Source: Acidobacteriota bacterium (GTDB taxonomy: Bacteria; Acidobacteriota; UBA6911; RPQK01; JAJDTT01). From it: DNA of 64,000 nt. Each line of letters starts with the position of its first letter. Position 1 is the stretch's first letter. The position numbers were made by a program, and so were the translations under genes. Under the pieces are notes generated by a model. It had not been told where the DNA came from, did not search any database, and worked only from the letters and a program-made list of their open reading frames with translations. This document shows positions 61,221 through 64,000 of the stretch, piece by piece. The DNA lies in the NCBI GenBank assembly GCA_965209055.1, contig OZ242374.1, forward strand, positions 4,640,001 through 4,704,000. The letters run 5' to 3'.

Positions 61221-61418
61221 TTCGATCCTCCCTGCGAACTGTTTCAGACCTCGCCAGATCAACCTCGATCTGCCTGTTTGGATAGACGATGGAGAGTTCC
61301 GGAAGGTTCAGACGCGGCGACGGCGCCGTGTTCGCCGGGTTTTTGCGCGCCCACGAGAAGCCGTCGGGGCCGGATGGCGCGTCGACTCGCATGCCGGAAT
61401 GACACCGACTTGTATAGA

Positions 61419-61846
61419 ATGAAGAGCCTGATGTCGCGTGCCGCGGGAGTGATGATTCTCATGGGATTGGCCCTGCCCGCCTTCATCTTCTACAGCATCT
61501 TTTTCTCCGGACCGTCCACTCCCGGATTGGCCGAGGCGGTGGAGATCACCGAGCAGTTCAACCACCTGGCCGGTGGGGATTTCCGGGTCCTCAGCGTCCA
61601 TGAGGCCGGTCCCACCGTCCGAGCCAGGATCGTCCTGGAGCCGCCTGCCACCGATGACGGCGACATGCACCTGAGGGGCTTGAATGCCCAGTACGACTTC
61701 CAGTCGGTATTGGGGCGGGACCAGGATCTGGGGGTCGTGGTGGGTGAAACCGACGACGCCGGAGCTTTCAGGTCCCTGGGCGTGATCTTCTTTTCCGCGG
61801 CGACGCAGCAGTCCCACTTTCGCCGTGTCTCCGCCGGGTCCTCCGA

Positions 61847-61850
<4 letters not shown>
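61419..61850 (+). CDS. Hypothetical membrane-anchored protein
   Basis: N-terminal TM helix; stop overlaps the gcvT start (ATGA). Confidence 0.6.
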
Positions 61851-62929
<1,079 letters not shown>

Positions 62930-63029
62930 TCGGTGTTGAATCATCGAGCCCGGTTGGGTAAATAGTGGACGCCCCCCAACGGGGCGGGTGCCCGGCGGTT
63001 CGGGCCCCCAAAACCGGAAGGAAGAGAAT

Positions 63030-63425
63030 ATGACGATCCCGGAAGGGCTTCGATACACCAGGGAACATGAATGGATCCGTGTCCTTGAGGAGGGCCGGGG
63101 CCGCGTGGGGATCACGCATCACGCCCAGGATGAACTCGGCGACGTGGTTTTCGTCGAACTCCCCCGGACGGGCGACGAATTGAGCGGTGACGACGTCTTC
63201 GGCACCGTGGAATCGGTGAAGGCCGTCTCCGACCTCTACAGCCCGGTTTCGGGGAAAGTCACCGAGGTCAATGAATCCCTGGAAGATCAACCGGAGCTGG
63301 TCAACGACGACCCCTACGGCGAGGGCTGGATGATCCAGGTGGAACTGGGCGACCCCGCCGAGTTGGACGGGCTCATGTCCGCCCAGGAGTACGCCGTGTA
63401 CCTGGCCGAGGAATCCGGCCACTGA
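63030..63425 (+). CDS. gcvH: Glycine cleavage system H protein
   Basis: HEW, LGDVVFVELP, VESVKAVSDLYSPVSG lipoyl motif. Confidence 0.97.
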   Translation: MTIPEGLRYTREHEWIRVLEEGRGRVGITHHAQDELGDVVFVELPRTGDELSGDDVFGTVESVKAVSDLYSPVSGKVTEVNESLEDQPELVNDDPYGEGWMIQVELGDPAELDGLMSAQEYAVYLAEESGH

Positions 63426-63437
63426 TCCGCTTGACCC

Positions 63438-64000
63438 ATGCGCTACATTTCCCTGACCCCGCAAGAAAGGCAACACATGCTCCAGGCCATCGGCGTGGAG
63501 AAGACGGAGGACCTGTTCGAGTCCATCCCGGTGGGAGTCCGCCTGGGCCGGCCGCTGGATCTTCCGGAGCCGCTCTCCGAATCGTCGCTTCTGGCCGACT
63601 TCAAGTCCATGGCCCGCAGGAACGCCTGCGCCGAGGATTTCGGCTACTTTCTGGGCGCCGGCGCGTACCACCACTTCATTCCCTCCGTCATCGACACCCT
63701 GGTTTCGCGCTCCGAATACTTCACCGCCTATACGCCCTACCAGCCGGAAGTCAGTCAGGGAACTCTCCAGGCCATCTTCGAATACCAGACCCTCATCGCT
63801 CAGCTCACCGGGATGGAAGTGGCCAACGCCAGCCTCTACGACGGGGCCAGCGCCTTGGCCGAAGCGGTCATGATGGCCTCCCGGGTGACCCGCCGGACAC
63901 GAATCCTGGTTCCGGAGGCGCTCCATCCGAACTACCGGAAGGTTCTCGGCACCTATACGGGGAACCACCTTTCCGTAACCACCGTCCCCGCCAATTCCGC
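63438..64000 (+). CDS. gcvPA: Glycine dehydrogenase subunit 1 (3' truncated by window edge)
   Basis: MRYISLT...ML..IGV, FLGAGAYHH, TAYTPYQPEVSQGTLQAIFEYQ, NASLYDG. Confidence 0.95.
   Translation, partial: MRYISLTPQERQHMLQAIGVEKTEDLFESIPVGVRLGRPLDLPEPLSESSLLADFKSMARRNACAEDFGYFLGAGAYHHFIPSVIDTLVSRSEYFTAYTPYQPEVSQGTLQAIFEYQTLIAQLTGMEVANASLYDGASALAEAVMMASRVTRRTRILVPEALHPNYRKVLGTYTGNHLSVTTVPANS

Noticed and set aside
61260-61418. Glycine riboswitch upstream of the gcv operon
   Set aside because: A GGAGAG is present, but the CCGAAG and CTCAGG elements of the aptamer are not.

Overview
GC-rich bacterial chromosome segment, probably Acidobacteriota (inferred from four Acidobacterial-type VWA paralogs and a DUF1553/DUF1501 pair). 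Most of the window from about 25 kb onward is housekeeping: purA, trxA, rsmA, rnj, ftsK, ilvE, alaS, amidase, ggt, larE, rib, scpAB, trpS, hem and gcv. The main discovery is two sibling integrative elements, E1 (4892-12892, about 8.0 kb) and E2 (21742-24895, about 3.15 kb). Their tyrosine integrases are about 90% identical by hand count. Both share colinear ends with arm-type repeats and IHF-like sites, a tRNA 5'-half look-alike abutting the left crossover, a 15-bp motif present in both the int leader and the right end, and a 314-bp structured non-coding block. Each is flanked by a 7-bp direct repeat, but the two 7-mers differ (TAGGAAA vs CTAACAG). Reconstructing the empty sites gives, in both cases, a GGAG-footed REP-like hairpin of a family scattered through the window, with the 7-mer in the loop. 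This suggests a REP-targeting, possibly tRNA-derived integrative element family with a variable crossover core. E1 carries defence-like cargo (type IIG R-M, HNH, HEPN-like, NucS-like). E2 is nearly empty apart from a small membrane peptide. A Cys-rich upstream ORF before an OprC-like TonB receptor is also notable. No databases were searched; all calls come from motif recognition.
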